From contig VXNL01000020.1 in the NCBI GenBank assembly GCA_009840635.1, forward strand, positions 13,883 through 77,882: DNA of 64,000 nt, in the 5' to 3' direction. This DNA is from Acidobacteriota bacterium (GTDB lineage: Bacteria; Acidobacteriota; Vicinamibacteria; Marinacidobacterales; Marinacidobacteraceae). The position numbers and the translations under genes were made by a program. This document shows, piece by piece, positions 55,545-63,890 of this stretch. The notes below the pieces were generated by a model. It had not been told where the DNA came from. It worked only from the letters and a program-made list of their open reading frames with translations, and did no database searches. The first letter of the stretch is position 1, and every line of letters starts with the position of its first letter.

Positions 55545-55795
55545 CTTCACCGCAGTAGGCGGTTCTCCGAGAGGAACATGTCGCAGCAGCGGGGCCGGCT
55601 GGCCGGGAACATGTAGCACTAGCGGGTCCTCGGGAAGGAACATGTAGCACTGGCGGAGCCGGCTGGCTGGGTACATGTCGCAGTAGCCGGTTCCGCGGGA
55701 GAAACATGCAGCATTAGCGGAGCCGGCTGGCGGGGAACATGTAGCAGTAGCCGGTCCTCCGGGAGGAACATGCAGCATTAGCGGCGTCGGCGAAC
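55545..55795. repeat. tandem repeat array, about 8 units alternating 33 nt (type A) and 31 nt (type B), 64-bp period
   Basis: ACATG recurs at 55576, 55609, 55640, 55673, 55704, 55737 and 55768, with spacing 33/31/33/31/33/31. Type A is ACATGyrGCAnnrGCGGrGCCGGCTGGCnGGGn. Type B is ACATGTmGCAsTAGCsGGTyCyCsGGrAGrA. Confidence 0.9.
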
Positions 55796-55825
55796 GCGCC
55801 GTATGGGTCAGTGAGGTTGCGACGT

Positions 55826-55876
55826 GCGCGGCGCGGGGCGCCGCGCGTGCCGGCTGAAGCCGGCGTTCCAAGCCGT
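55826..55876 (-). repeat. R1 repeat, copy 8 (inverted relative to copy 7)
   Basis: Plus strand reads GCGCGGCGC-GGG-GCGCCGCGC GT GCCGGC-TGAA-GCCGGC GTTCCAAGCCGT. It ends 20 nt before the stop of the GGCT-like gene. Confidence 0.85.
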
Positions 55877-55896
55877 TGTCCGGGGTAGGCCGGGTC

Positions 55897-56331
55897 CTAC
55901 CGGTCTCGGTTCTGCACCCGGGCGAGCGCGCCGGCGAAGGCCGCCGGTTCCCCGTTCCATTCGCCGCGGGCGGCGGGGACGAAATCGGGCGGCGGCGGCC
56001 CGGGGTGGACATAGACCGCGACCGGGTCGGCCTCGCCCTCCGGGACGACTGCCACCCGCCGGTACCCGAACTGCCCTTCGAAGGCGTCGAGCCGCGACAC
56101 CGTTTCCGCGTCGACCCGGTAGGTCTCGACGACCACCGGGTTCACCTCCCGCGCGGGGACCAGCATCGGGTACTCCTCGTTGCCGAAGAGTCGAAAGGGG
56201 ATTCGGATGGCTCCAGCGCGGACGAACTCACTGCCGCCAAGAAACGCAGCGTGGTTTGCGTGGCCGCGCTTCAGGGTGCCGTAGACGCCGATCAGGGTGC
56301 GTTCCGTTGCTGCTTTCTCCGGGCCCGTCAC
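55897..56331 (-). CDS. gamma-glutamylcyclotransferase-fold protein (GGACT/AIG2-like)
   Basis: 144 aa from GTG 56331 (GTGA overlap with the upstream stop). Contains IGVYGTLKRGHANHAAF, and FEG...Y typical of the fold. Confidence 0.7.
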   Translation of the reverse strand: MTGPEKAATERTLIGVYGTLKRGHANHAAFLGGSEFVRAGAIRIPFRLFGNEEYPMLVPAREVNPVVVETYRVDAETVSRLDAFEGQFGYRRVAVVPEGEADPVAVYVHPGPPPPDFVPAARGEWNGEPAAFAGALARVQNRDR

Positions 56332-58058
56332 TCGTCGGCTCGATACAGGACTTCGCCGCCGACGATCGTGATCGCCACCTTCGCATCCAGGATCTCCTCG
56401 TCCGGCACCGTGAGGATGTCCTTGGTGAGCACGACGATGTCTGCGTACTTCCCGGGAGTAAGACTTCCCTTCACGTCCTCCTCGAAGGCCGCCCAGGCGT
56501 TCGCCATCGTGTACGAATGGAGCGCTTCGTCGCGCGTGAGGGCTTCTTCCGGGTAGAAGCGGGTCCCGTCCGCCAGTTCGCGGGTCACCGTCGCGAAGTA
56601 GCTGGGGATGGGATCGAGGTCCTCCACCGGGGCGTCGGTCCCGTTGGCCACGACTGCCCCCGTATCGAGGAGAGACCGCCACACGTAGGCGCCGGTCCGC
56701 GCCCGTTCGTCGCCGAGCTTCTCCGGCACCCAGGGGCCGTCCGAAGTGGCGTGTACGCCCTGCATCGAGGCGATCACCCCCAGCTCACCGAACCGCGGGA
56801 TGTCGTCCGGGTGGATGTGCTGGGAGTGTTCGATCCGGAACCGGAGATCCGCTCCGTTCACCCCGGCGTCCGCGAACGCCCGCTCGTAAACGTCGAGGAT
56901 CTCCCGGTTGCCCCGGTCGCCGATGGCGTGGGTGTTCACCTGGAAGCCGTGCCCGATCGCGATCCGGGCGGTCTCTTCGATGTCGGCGACCTCGTCGATG
57001 ACCAGTCCGACGCTCGACGGCATGTCGTCGTAGGGCTCGAGGAGCCAGGCGCCGTGCGCGCCGAGCGCCCCGTCCACCACCCGCTTGATGGACCGGACCG
57101 TGAGGAACCCGCCGGCGTGGCCCGTCATCAGGTAGTCCGGGAGCCGCGCGTCCAACTCTTCGTTCGACTCGCCGCGCACCATCACGTAGAGGCGGACCGG
57201 AAGCTGCCCCGTCTCCGCCATCTCACGGAAGAAGTCGATCAGCGCAAAGGAAGACCCTGCGTCCTGAAAAGACGTGACACCCTTCTGGAGGGATTCCTCG
57301 GCCGCCAGGCGGAGTTGGAGCTCCAGTTCGGCCCGGATCTCCTCTTCGCTCCGCTCCGCCATCGCCCGGTCGCGGGCCCGGGCGACGAGGCGCTGGGCCG
57401 TCTCCCGCAGCGCGCCGGTGGCGTTGCCGTCGGCGTCGCGCACGATGGTGCCTCCCGGCGGGTCCGGAGTGTTCCGGTCGATGCCGGCCAGTTCCATGGC
57501 CAGGGCATTCGCGAAGGCGGCGTGGCCGCTCGCGTGCCGGAGCAGAACGGGGTTCTCGGGCGAGATCTCCGACAGGCCGAGGTGGTGCGGCAGGTCCTCG
57601 ACCGCGCCTCCCGGGATCTCGTCCCACTTCTCCTGGTGCCAGCCGCGCCCCTCGATCCAGACTCCGGGAGAGGCCTCGGCGACCGCCTCGGCCACCATGT
57701 CCACGATGCGGTTCCAGTTCGCCGCTTCCCCGAGCTTCAGGATCATCTGGGCGTCTCCCACGCCCATGAAGTGGCCGTGGCCCTCGATGAATCCGGGGAT
57801 CGCCAGGCGCCCGTCGAGCTGGATGACCTCGGTGTCCGGGCCGGCGGTCGACTCGATCTCGGCGCTGGTGCCCAGGGCGGCGATCCTTCCGTTCCGGACC
57901 GCCACGGCCTCCGCCTCCGGTCGGTCGGGATCCACGGTCACCACCCGGCCGCCGAGCAGCACCAGATCGGCGGGCCCGCCGATGTCGGGGACCTGCGGAC
58001 CGCAGCCGGAGAAAAGGAGAAGCGAGGCGGGAAGAACGAGATAGGACAGGAAACGCAT
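56328..58058 (-). CDS. Amidohydro_3 (YtcJ-like) metal-dependent amidohydrolase, lipoprotein
   Basis: 576 aa from ATG 58058. Lipobox LLLFSGC, then LVLLGGRVVTVDP and IPGFIEGHGHF (HxH). Confidence 0.8.
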   Translation of the reverse strand: MRFLSYLVLPASLLLFSGCGPQVPDIGGPADLVLLGGRVVTVDPDRPEAEAVAVRNGRIAALGTSAEIESTAGPDTEVIQLDGRLAIPGFIEGHGHFMGVGDAQMILKLGEAANWNRIVDMVAEAVAEASPGVWIEGRGWHQEKWDEIPGGAVEDLPHHLGLSEISPENPVLLRHASGHAAFANALAMELAGIDRNTPDPPGGTIVRDADGNATGALRETAQRLVARARDRAMAERSEEEIRAELELQLRLAAEESLQKGVTSFQDAGSSFALIDFFREMAETGQLPVRLYVMVRGESNEELDARLPDYLMTGHAGGFLTVRSIKRVVDGALGAHGAWLLEPYDDMPSSVGLVIDEVADIEETARIAIGHGFQVNTHAIGDRGNREILDVYERAFADAGVNGADLRFRIEHSQHIHPDDIPRFGELGVIASMQGVHATSDGPWVPEKLGDERARTGAYVWRSLLDTGAVVANGTDAPVEDLDPIPSYFATVTRELADGTRFYPEEALTRDEALHSYTMANAWAAFEEDVKGSLTPGKYADIVVLTKDILTVPDEEILDAKVAITIVGGEVLYRADE

Positions 58059-58121
58059 GCGAGGCCTCCGCGGAACCGGAAAGGGTAGCGAGGTCGCCAC
58101 ACTTCGTTAGAGTGCCGCGCT

Positions 58122-59951
58122 ATGCGCAGGCTCCGCTCCGTACCCCTCTGTTTCCTGTTCCTGGCGATCCCGGGGATTGCCGCCGCCCAGTGGTACCCCG
58201 AACCCGACCTGGTGCTCACCGGCGCCGAGGTGCGGACAGTGGACCCCGAGGACTCGCTCGCCGAGGCCCTCGCCATCAAGGACGGCCGGATCGTGGCCGC
58301 CGGGACCGCCGCCGAAGTCGGCGCGCTGGCCGGGCCCAACACGCGGACCGTGGACCTCTCCGGGAAGACGGTGATCCCCGGCATCCAGGACTCGCACATC
58401 CACTTCCTGCCGCTCGGACGCGACATCACCAGCGGGGTCGAACTGAGCTACGCCGAGTCGGCCGAAGACATCGTTGCGGAGGTGCGCGCCCGCATCGCAG
58501 AGAGCCGCGTCCCCGCCGGCGAGTGGGTGGTGGGCCGCCGCTGGGACCAGTTCAAGTACCCGCAGATGGTCACCCGCTGGCAGCTCGACGAGGCAGCCCC
58601 CGACCATCCGGTGGCGCTCTACCGCGTGTACCGGGGCGTGGCGGTCAACACCGAGGTGTTCCGCCGGATGGGAATCGAGGACGGCGACTCCTCCACCTGG
58701 CCGTCGTGGTGGCTCGAGAATCCCGAAAACTTCACCTTCGAGGACCAGATACTGCGCGAGTCGCGGGAGCTGATGGTGGACGGCGAATCCGTTACCCGGG
58801 AGGTCCCCACCGGGGTCTTCCTGGGATCGCGGGCCTCGCGCCTCGTGACCGAGCGGCCGCCGCCCGACGATTTCGAGGACGACGTGGAGAGCGTCCGGCT
58901 CGGGGTGGGGGAACTGCTGTCCCTGGGAATCACCTCCATCGTGGACCCCTCGTCCCGGATGGGCCACAACATGCGGGTCTACCAGGAGGCCTTCAACCGC
59001 GGATATCTGCGGCTGCGCATCGCCGCGGTGTACGAAGGGACCTTCAACACCCATGCCCCCGACGCGATCTCCACCCACCTCGACGGGATCAAGGTCAACA
59101 ACCTGGGCGACCGCTTTCTGCGCTGGCGCGGGGTCAAGGTCTACGGCGACGGGGGGGTGGGGACCCGGAGCGCCTGGATGTCCGAACCCTTCCACATGTG
59201 GGACGAGCTCGAAGGGGAGCGCAATCTGGGCAACCCGGTGGTCGAGAGCTACCCGGAGCGGGAGGCGCAGTACCGCGCCATCCGCAGCCACGGCTGGGAC
59301 CTCCACACGCACAGTTGCGGGGACCAGTCGATGCGGCAGACCGTGGATCTCTACATGAAGCTGCTCGACGAGATGAAGGAAGAAAGCGGAGAACTCCCGG
59401 ACCTCCGCTGGAGCGTGATCCACGCCTACTTCCCGATCGAACCCAAGACGCGGGTCCTCGACGACATGGCCCGCTACGGCATCGTGGCCGCCACCAACCC
59501 GGTCTTCAACTGGCAGCAGGGTTTCTCGTTCGCCGCGAACTCGGGGCCGGAACGGATGGCCCGCCTCCAGCCCTTCCGCAGCTACATGCGGGGCGGGGTC
59601 ATCATGGCCTCCGGCTCCGACTACGGGGTGACCACCCATAACCCCTGGATGGGGTTTTACGCGCTGCTGACCCGGAAGGACCAGAAAACCGGCGTGGCGC
59701 ACGGCGAGGACGAGACGGTCACGATCGCGGAGGCCCTTCGTTCCTACACCTGGAACGGCGCCTTCCTGACCCACGACGAGCAGGACCGCGGAAGCCTGGA
59801 ACCGGGCCGGCTGGCGGATCTCGTGGTGCTCGACCTTCCGGCGCTCGACGCTCTCGAGGAGGACCCCGAACTCCTCTTTTCCATGCGCGACCGCATCGTC
59901 GCCACCATGGTGGAAGGGGAGATCGTGCACGGCGAACTCCCCTCGCAGTAG
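58122..59951 (+). CDS. Amidohydro_3 (YtcJ-like) metal-dependent amidohydrolase, secreted (divergent paralogue)
   Basis: 609 aa. Signal peptide, then LVLTGAEVRTVDP and IPGIQDSHIHF (HxH). Confidence 0.85.
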   Translation: MRRLRSVPLCFLFLAIPGIAAAQWYPEPDLVLTGAEVRTVDPEDSLAEALAIKDGRIVAAGTAAEVGALAGPNTRTVDLSGKTVIPGIQDSHIHFLPLGRDITSGVELSYAESAEDIVAEVRARIAESRVPAGEWVVGRRWDQFKYPQMVTRWQLDEAAPDHPVALYRVYRGVAVNTEVFRRMGIEDGDSSTWPSWWLENPENFTFEDQILRESRELMVDGESVTREVPTGVFLGSRASRLVTERPPPDDFEDDVESVRLGVGELLSLGITSIVDPSSRMGHNMRVYQEAFNRGYLRLRIAAVYEGTFNTHAPDAISTHLDGIKVNNLGDRFLRWRGVKVYGDGGVGTRSAWMSEPFHMWDELEGERNLGNPVVESYPEREAQYRAIRSHGWDLHTHSCGDQSMRQTVDLYMKLLDEMKEESGELPDLRWSVIHAYFPIEPKTRVLDDMARYGIVAATNPVFNWQQGFSFAANSGPERMARLQPFRSYMRGGVIMASGSDYGVTTHNPWMGFYALLTRKDQKTGVAHGEDETVTIAEALRSYTWNGAFLTHDEQDRGSLEPGRLADLVVLDLPALDALEEDPELLFSMRDRIVATMVEGEIVHGELPSQ

Positions 59952-59979
59952 ATCGTCCATTCCGGCCCGTCCCGTGGGG

Positions 59980-60009
59980 TTGACATGGCCGTCCGGGCGG
60001 CGGTACAAA
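59980..60009 (+). promoter_or_regulatory. possible sigma-70-type promoter
   Basis: TTGACA (59980-85), 18 nt, then TACAAA (60004-09). It sits about 250 nt upstream of ATG 60261. Confidence 0.3.
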
Positions 60010-60260
60010 CCGGAATCAGAGAACGGCAATGACCCAGTCTCGGAAAGGGGGTCGGAAATGACCGCACCGCCGGACGACTTTGCGCTCCGGGCCCCAGCCG
60101 GGGTTCCGGGAGGGTCTGAAGAGGACTTCCCGAGCCGTACCGGGGCCCGGAACTCACGGGACGAGTTCCCGGGGTCCTGACCACTGACGACGGCAGAAGC
60201 GGGGCCGACCGTCAGGGGCAGGAGCGCAGACAGCGCCCGCCCCTACCGCTCCGCACTGCG

Positions 60261-61397
60261 ATGAGGCCCAGCGCCTCCCGAGGGACCCCGGGGCTCTTTT
60301 CTGTACGCAGCGGTCGTTTCCTGGTGCTCGCCGTTCTGGTTGGCGCTCTCGGCAGCCTCTCCTGCGACGCGCGCCTCTACCTCTACATCCACGGAGGGCG
60401 CGAGGCGCTCTTTCCGGGACGCGCCTACGGCGACGCGCTCGTCACGCAGGGATTCCTGGCGTCCGTCCCGCCGGGCCGCGGACTGCCACCCGGCGAGCCG
60501 CCGCGCCGCTTCGTCCTGCGGCATCCGCTGCGCCCGCCCGACTGGAACGGCACCCTGGTCATCGGGGCTCATCGCGGCCTCGGAGGGATCCGGCGCGGGC
60601 TCGAGGGCGAAGACCTCGGTAGCGGCGAGACCGAGCTGGACGACCTGATCGGCTGGTGGGCCCTCGACCAGGGTTTTGCGTGGGCGAGTTTCGACCGGGC
60701 CGGGGTCGGGGCGGGCCCCGACGGTTACCGGCTCACCGAGGCGTTCGCCCGCCTGATGTTCGACCAGATCCGGCCGCGCCTCGCGATGGATCCCGACCGG
60801 ACGATCCTCCTCGGCTACGGGGAAGGGGGCGGGCTGGCGCGCTACGGCGCCGCGGCGGCGGACGAGACCTTCGACGGGGTGGTGCTGGTGGCCGCGACGC
60901 TCGGTGATCCGGAGGGAGCGTCCCGCCGGCGCAGCGCCCGCCTCGCTCTCGCGGCGGATCGGGAGACGTCCGACGCCGGCCTCGCCGCCTACGCTGCGGC
61001 CGCCGGCATCGGTCTCGAGGGAAGCCGGTTCTGGCCCTTCTACGACGCCGTGGCGGCGGCGCCGAGCCCGGTGCTGCCGGCGCCGCCCGTTGGCCTCGAG
61101 CACCCGGTCATCGAGGTCGTCGGGACCCTGGACGATTTCGTGCTTCCGGAGGTGCTCGCCTACCGCGACCGCATCCAGGCCGCCGGGATGACGGGGGTTC
61201 ACGAACTGCGCCTCGTACCGGGCGCCTGGGGCGTCGGCCCCGGCGACGACGCGGTGGAGGAGCTGCAGGCCTGGGCGGCGGAGCTCGGCCTGTCCGAAGC
61301 GGACCGCGCGGCGCTCGCCTCCGGACGGAGCCTGGCGCCCGAGGTCCAGCGAGCTCTGACAGATCTCAACGCGCTCCTGCAGGATTCCGTCCGCTAG
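60261..61397 (+). CDS. alpha/beta-hydrolase-fold-like lipoprotein, probably non-catalytic
   Basis: 378 aa. Lipobox-like LGSLSC. Strand-elbow pattern TILLGYGEGGGLARYGAAAA...GVVLVAATLG, with Gly where the nucleophile Ser is expected. Confidence 0.5.
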   Translation: MRPSASRGTPGLFSVRSGRFLVLAVLVGALGSLSCDARLYLYIHGGREALFPGRAYGDALVTQGFLASVPPGRGLPPGEPPRRFVLRHPLRPPDWNGTLVIGAHRGLGGIRRGLEGEDLGSGETELDDLIGWWALDQGFAWASFDRAGVGAGPDGYRLTEAFARLMFDQIRPRLAMDPDRTILLGYGEGGGLARYGAAAADETFDGVVLVAATLGDPEGASRRRSARLALAADRETSDAGLAAYAAAAGIGLEGSRFWPFYDAVAAAPSPVLPAPPVGLEHPVIEVVGTLDDFVLPEVLAYRDRIQAAGMTGVHELRLVPGAWGVGPGDDAVEELQAWAAELGLSEADRAALASGRSLAPEVQRALTDLNALLQDSVR

Positions 61398-61406
61398 CGT
61401 CGTCGG

Positions 61407-62648
61407 ATGGCCGCCAGGAAGCGTCCGGCGCGGGCCTTCGGCGTCCTGCTCGCCGGAGCGATGTTCGGTTCGACGGCCTATCTGCTGGTGCTGTCGATCA
61501 CGCCGCTCCTTTCCCGGCGATACCTCCCGGACTCCGCCTGGATCGGCCTTCCGAACGCTGCCCTGATCCTGGGGGTGGCCGCCGGAACGCCCATCCTCAC
61601 CTGGCTCTTCGCGCGGCGCGGCCGGCCTTTCTCCCTGGGTCTCGGCCTCAGCTTCGCCGGCCTGGCCGCGGTGGGCCTCGCACTGTCGGCATGGTGGGAG
61701 GCGGGCTTCGCCGTCCATTTCGGTGCGAGCCTGCTGCTCGGCTGCGGCTACGCCGCCTACCACCTCACCCGCTACACGGCGGCGCTCCTGGTCCCGGCAA
61801 GCAAGAGCGGGCGGGCGATCGGGCTGGTGGTCTGGGTGGCGGTGGCCGGCGCCTTCATCGCGCCGGTCGTCTTCGGATGGATCGAGCGCCTTGTCGGGCC
61901 CGGCGAAGCGGAGGCGTTCTCGCTCGCCTATGTGTGTGCGGCGGTTTTCTACGGCCTCGGCGGAATCCTGTTCCTCAGGAGCCGGTCACTCCGGGCGCGG
62001 CCTTCGCTCGGGGCTCGCCCCCTCGAGGCGAGGACCGAGCCCGCCGATTCCGCCACATCGCTCGGGCGGACGTTCGGGCTTGCCATCGTCTCGCTGGTCG
62101 CGGCGCAGGCCTCGATGATGATCGTCATGACCATGGCCCCGCTCCAGATGATGGGAAGCGGCGGTTCCCTGGCCGCCCTCGGAGCCATGATGGGCGCCCA
62201 CAACCTGGGCATGTTCGCCCTCTCTCCGGTGGTCGGCATGCTCTGCGACCGCTTCGGGGAGCGTCCCATCATCGGGCTCGGCGGCGCGACGCTGGCGGCG
62301 GGAGGCCTGCTCGCCGCGTTCGGTCCCGGAGGGGGTCTGGCTCTGGGGATCGCGCTCTACCTCGTGGGTCTCGGCTGGTCCCTGGCTTTCGTGGCGGCGA
62401 GCGCGCTGATTTCCGAAGGCCCGGACTCACCCGCCAAGGTTCGCCGGCAGGGGCTCGCCGATTCGCTGAACTGGCTGGGAGCGGGCGTGGCCTGCGTGGT
62501 CTCCGGGGTCCTGATGACGCAGCTCGGGTTTCAGGCGGTGGCCTTCGCCGGTGTGGGGATGGGCGCCGTCTCGGTGGTGGCCGCCCTGGGCGCCGGCCAT
62601 CCGAGCCCCGAAAGACACTCCCGCGCCGCCGATCAGGGCGGCGAGTAG
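61407..62648 (+). CDS. MFS transporter
   Basis: 413 aa with about 12 TM and an MFS loop motif-like GMLCDRFGERP. Confidence 0.8.
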   Translation: MAARKRPARAFGVLLAGAMFGSTAYLLVLSITPLLSRRYLPDSAWIGLPNAALILGVAAGTPILTWLFARRGRPFSLGLGLSFAGLAAVGLALSAWWEAGFAVHFGASLLLGCGYAAYHLTRYTAALLVPASKSGRAIGLVVWVAVAGAFIAPVVFGWIERLVGPGEAEAFSLAYVCAAVFYGLGGILFLRSRSLRARPSLGARPLEARTEPADSATSLGRTFGLAIVSLVAAQASMMIVMTMAPLQMMGSGGSLAALGAMMGAHNLGMFALSPVVGMLCDRFGERPIIGLGGATLAAGGLLAAFGPGGGLALGIALYLVGLGWSLAFVAASALISEGPDSPAKVRRQGLADSLNWLGAGVACVVSGVLMTQLGFQAVAFAGVGMGAVSVVAALGAGHPSPERHSRAADQGGE

Positions 62649-63313
62649 CCCAGGACGCTGTAGTCGCCGTCCGTGATCAGGCGGATGGAGACGTACACCC
62701 CGAGCAGTCCGCCGGCCATCCAGGGGGAGTTGGGCGCCACGATCCAGGTGTACAGCTCCCGCCGGCTGATCCCCGCGTGCCGTCCGGCCACGAAGAAGCT
62801 GACGAGATAGACCGACGCTCCGTACATCACCTGCCAGAACAGGATGACGCCGACGATGCCGGTCAGCACGGCCGGAAGGACGTGCAACGTATGGGCGGCG
62901 TACACGATCAGCGTGGGGACCGGGGTGAGGAACCCGTTGACGATGTCCACGTTGAATCCGAACGTGCGGCGGTCCGCGTAGGAACTGTCGTACTGCGCGT
63001 AGGTCGCCCAGACGTCAGCCCAGAGCGCCGGCGACAGCAGCCGGACCAGCGGGACCTTCATCCGGAGGAACTCGGCGGCCGGGGTTCCGCCCGTCCGTTC
63101 GCTCCACTCGCGCCAGTACGCGGTGCGCGTTTCGACCAGGTCCCGCCGGAGGAAGAGACAGATCTCCCAGTAGGCGATCAGCAGGTTGAGCGAGAGGAAC
63201 AGGCTGAGGAGGGCGTGCAGCGCGTTCAGGTCCCCGTGAACCTGGTAGCGCGCCCCGATGCCGAGGAGCGCCAGGGTCGCGACGACCAGCGCCGCGAACA
63301 GTCCCGCCGGCAA
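62633..63313 (-). CDS. EXPERA-domain membrane protein (emopamil-binding-protein/EBP-like)
   Basis: 226 aa with about 5 TM. WATYAQYDSSYADRRTFGFNVDIVNGFLTP parallels the human EBP [31 protein letters not shown] (recalled), and the IAYWE and MYGASVYL blocks also line up. TTG start abuts the DinB stop. Confidence 0.55.
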   Translation of the reverse strand: MPAGLFAALVVATLALLGIGARYQVHGDLNALHALLSLFLSLNLLIAYWEICLFLRRDLVETRTAYWREWSERTGGTPAAEFLRMKVPLVRLLSPALWADVWATYAQYDSSYADRRTFGFNVDIVNGFLTPVPTLIVYAAHTLHVLPAVLTGIVGVILFWQVMYGASVYLVSFFVAGRHAGISRRELYTWIVAPNSPWMAGGLLGVYVSIRLITDGDYSVLGYSPP

Positions 63314-63838
63314 CTAGAGGTACCGCTCCTCCAGCACGCGCCGGTGGTGGATCGCGTGTCCCACCGTGAGATAGCAGATCGCCCGGACCGTGGCCCCGGC
63401 GCCGCTCGCCTCTCCCCGCCGGTCGAGCGCGGCCTCGTCGAACGATCGCATCAGGCTCGTGGTTGCGTGGCGGATCGTGTCCAGCTCGTCGAGAAGGGAT
63501 TCCAGAGAGCGGCTCGCATGGCCGGAAGTGGCTACGTAGGGATCCTGTTCCATGCCCGGCAGCGGCGTGTCGTCACCCCGGGCGAAGCGGAGCGCCCGGA
63601 CCGACATGATGCGCTCGACATCGGCGATGTGTCCCACGACCTCCCGGATGGACCATTTCCCGGGCGCGTATCCCCGGGCCGAGGCCGCTTCGGAAACGCT
63701 GGCCAGGAGGGAACGGAGAGTCTCCATCTCCCGGAGCGCCGCCTGCGGGAGATCGTCACCGTCCGGTACCTGGCGGATGTAGCCATGGTAGTAGTCGGCG
63801 CACTCGTCGGGTTGGGGTCTGGTCCACATCCGCGGCAT
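63314..63838 (-). CDS. DinB-superfamily (DinB_2) metal-binding four-helix-bundle protein
   Basis: 174 aa with YHGYI...WSIREVVGHIADVERI...LTVGHAIHHRRVL (His triad). Confidence 0.8.
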   Translation of the reverse strand: MPRMWTRPQPDECADYYHGYIRQVPDGDDLPQAALREMETLRSLLASVSEAASARGYAPGKWSIREVVGHIADVERIMSVRALRFARGDDTPLPGMEQDPYVATSGHASRSLESLLDELDTIRHATTSLMRSFDEAALDRRGEASGAGATVRAICYLTVGHAIHHRRVLEERYL

Positions 63839-63890
63839 CGTAAGCGAGTTGCGCCGGTACTATCCGGCGCTACCCCCGGAGGCTCTGTCC

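Noticed and set aside
55545-55795. CRISPR array?
   Set aside because: The units directly abut with no unique spacers. The 'spacer-sized' type B units are mutually similar, the repeats are degenerate (about 75-85% identity), and there are no cas genes in the window.
55545-55795. Type III toxin-antitoxin antitoxin RNA array (ToxI-like tandem repeats of about 31-36 nt)
   Set aside because: The repeat size and number are reminiscent of ToxI. However, no ToxN/AbiQ-like endoribonuclease ORF follows the array on either strand. The neighbours are a clear FAH-family gene and a GGCT-fold gene.
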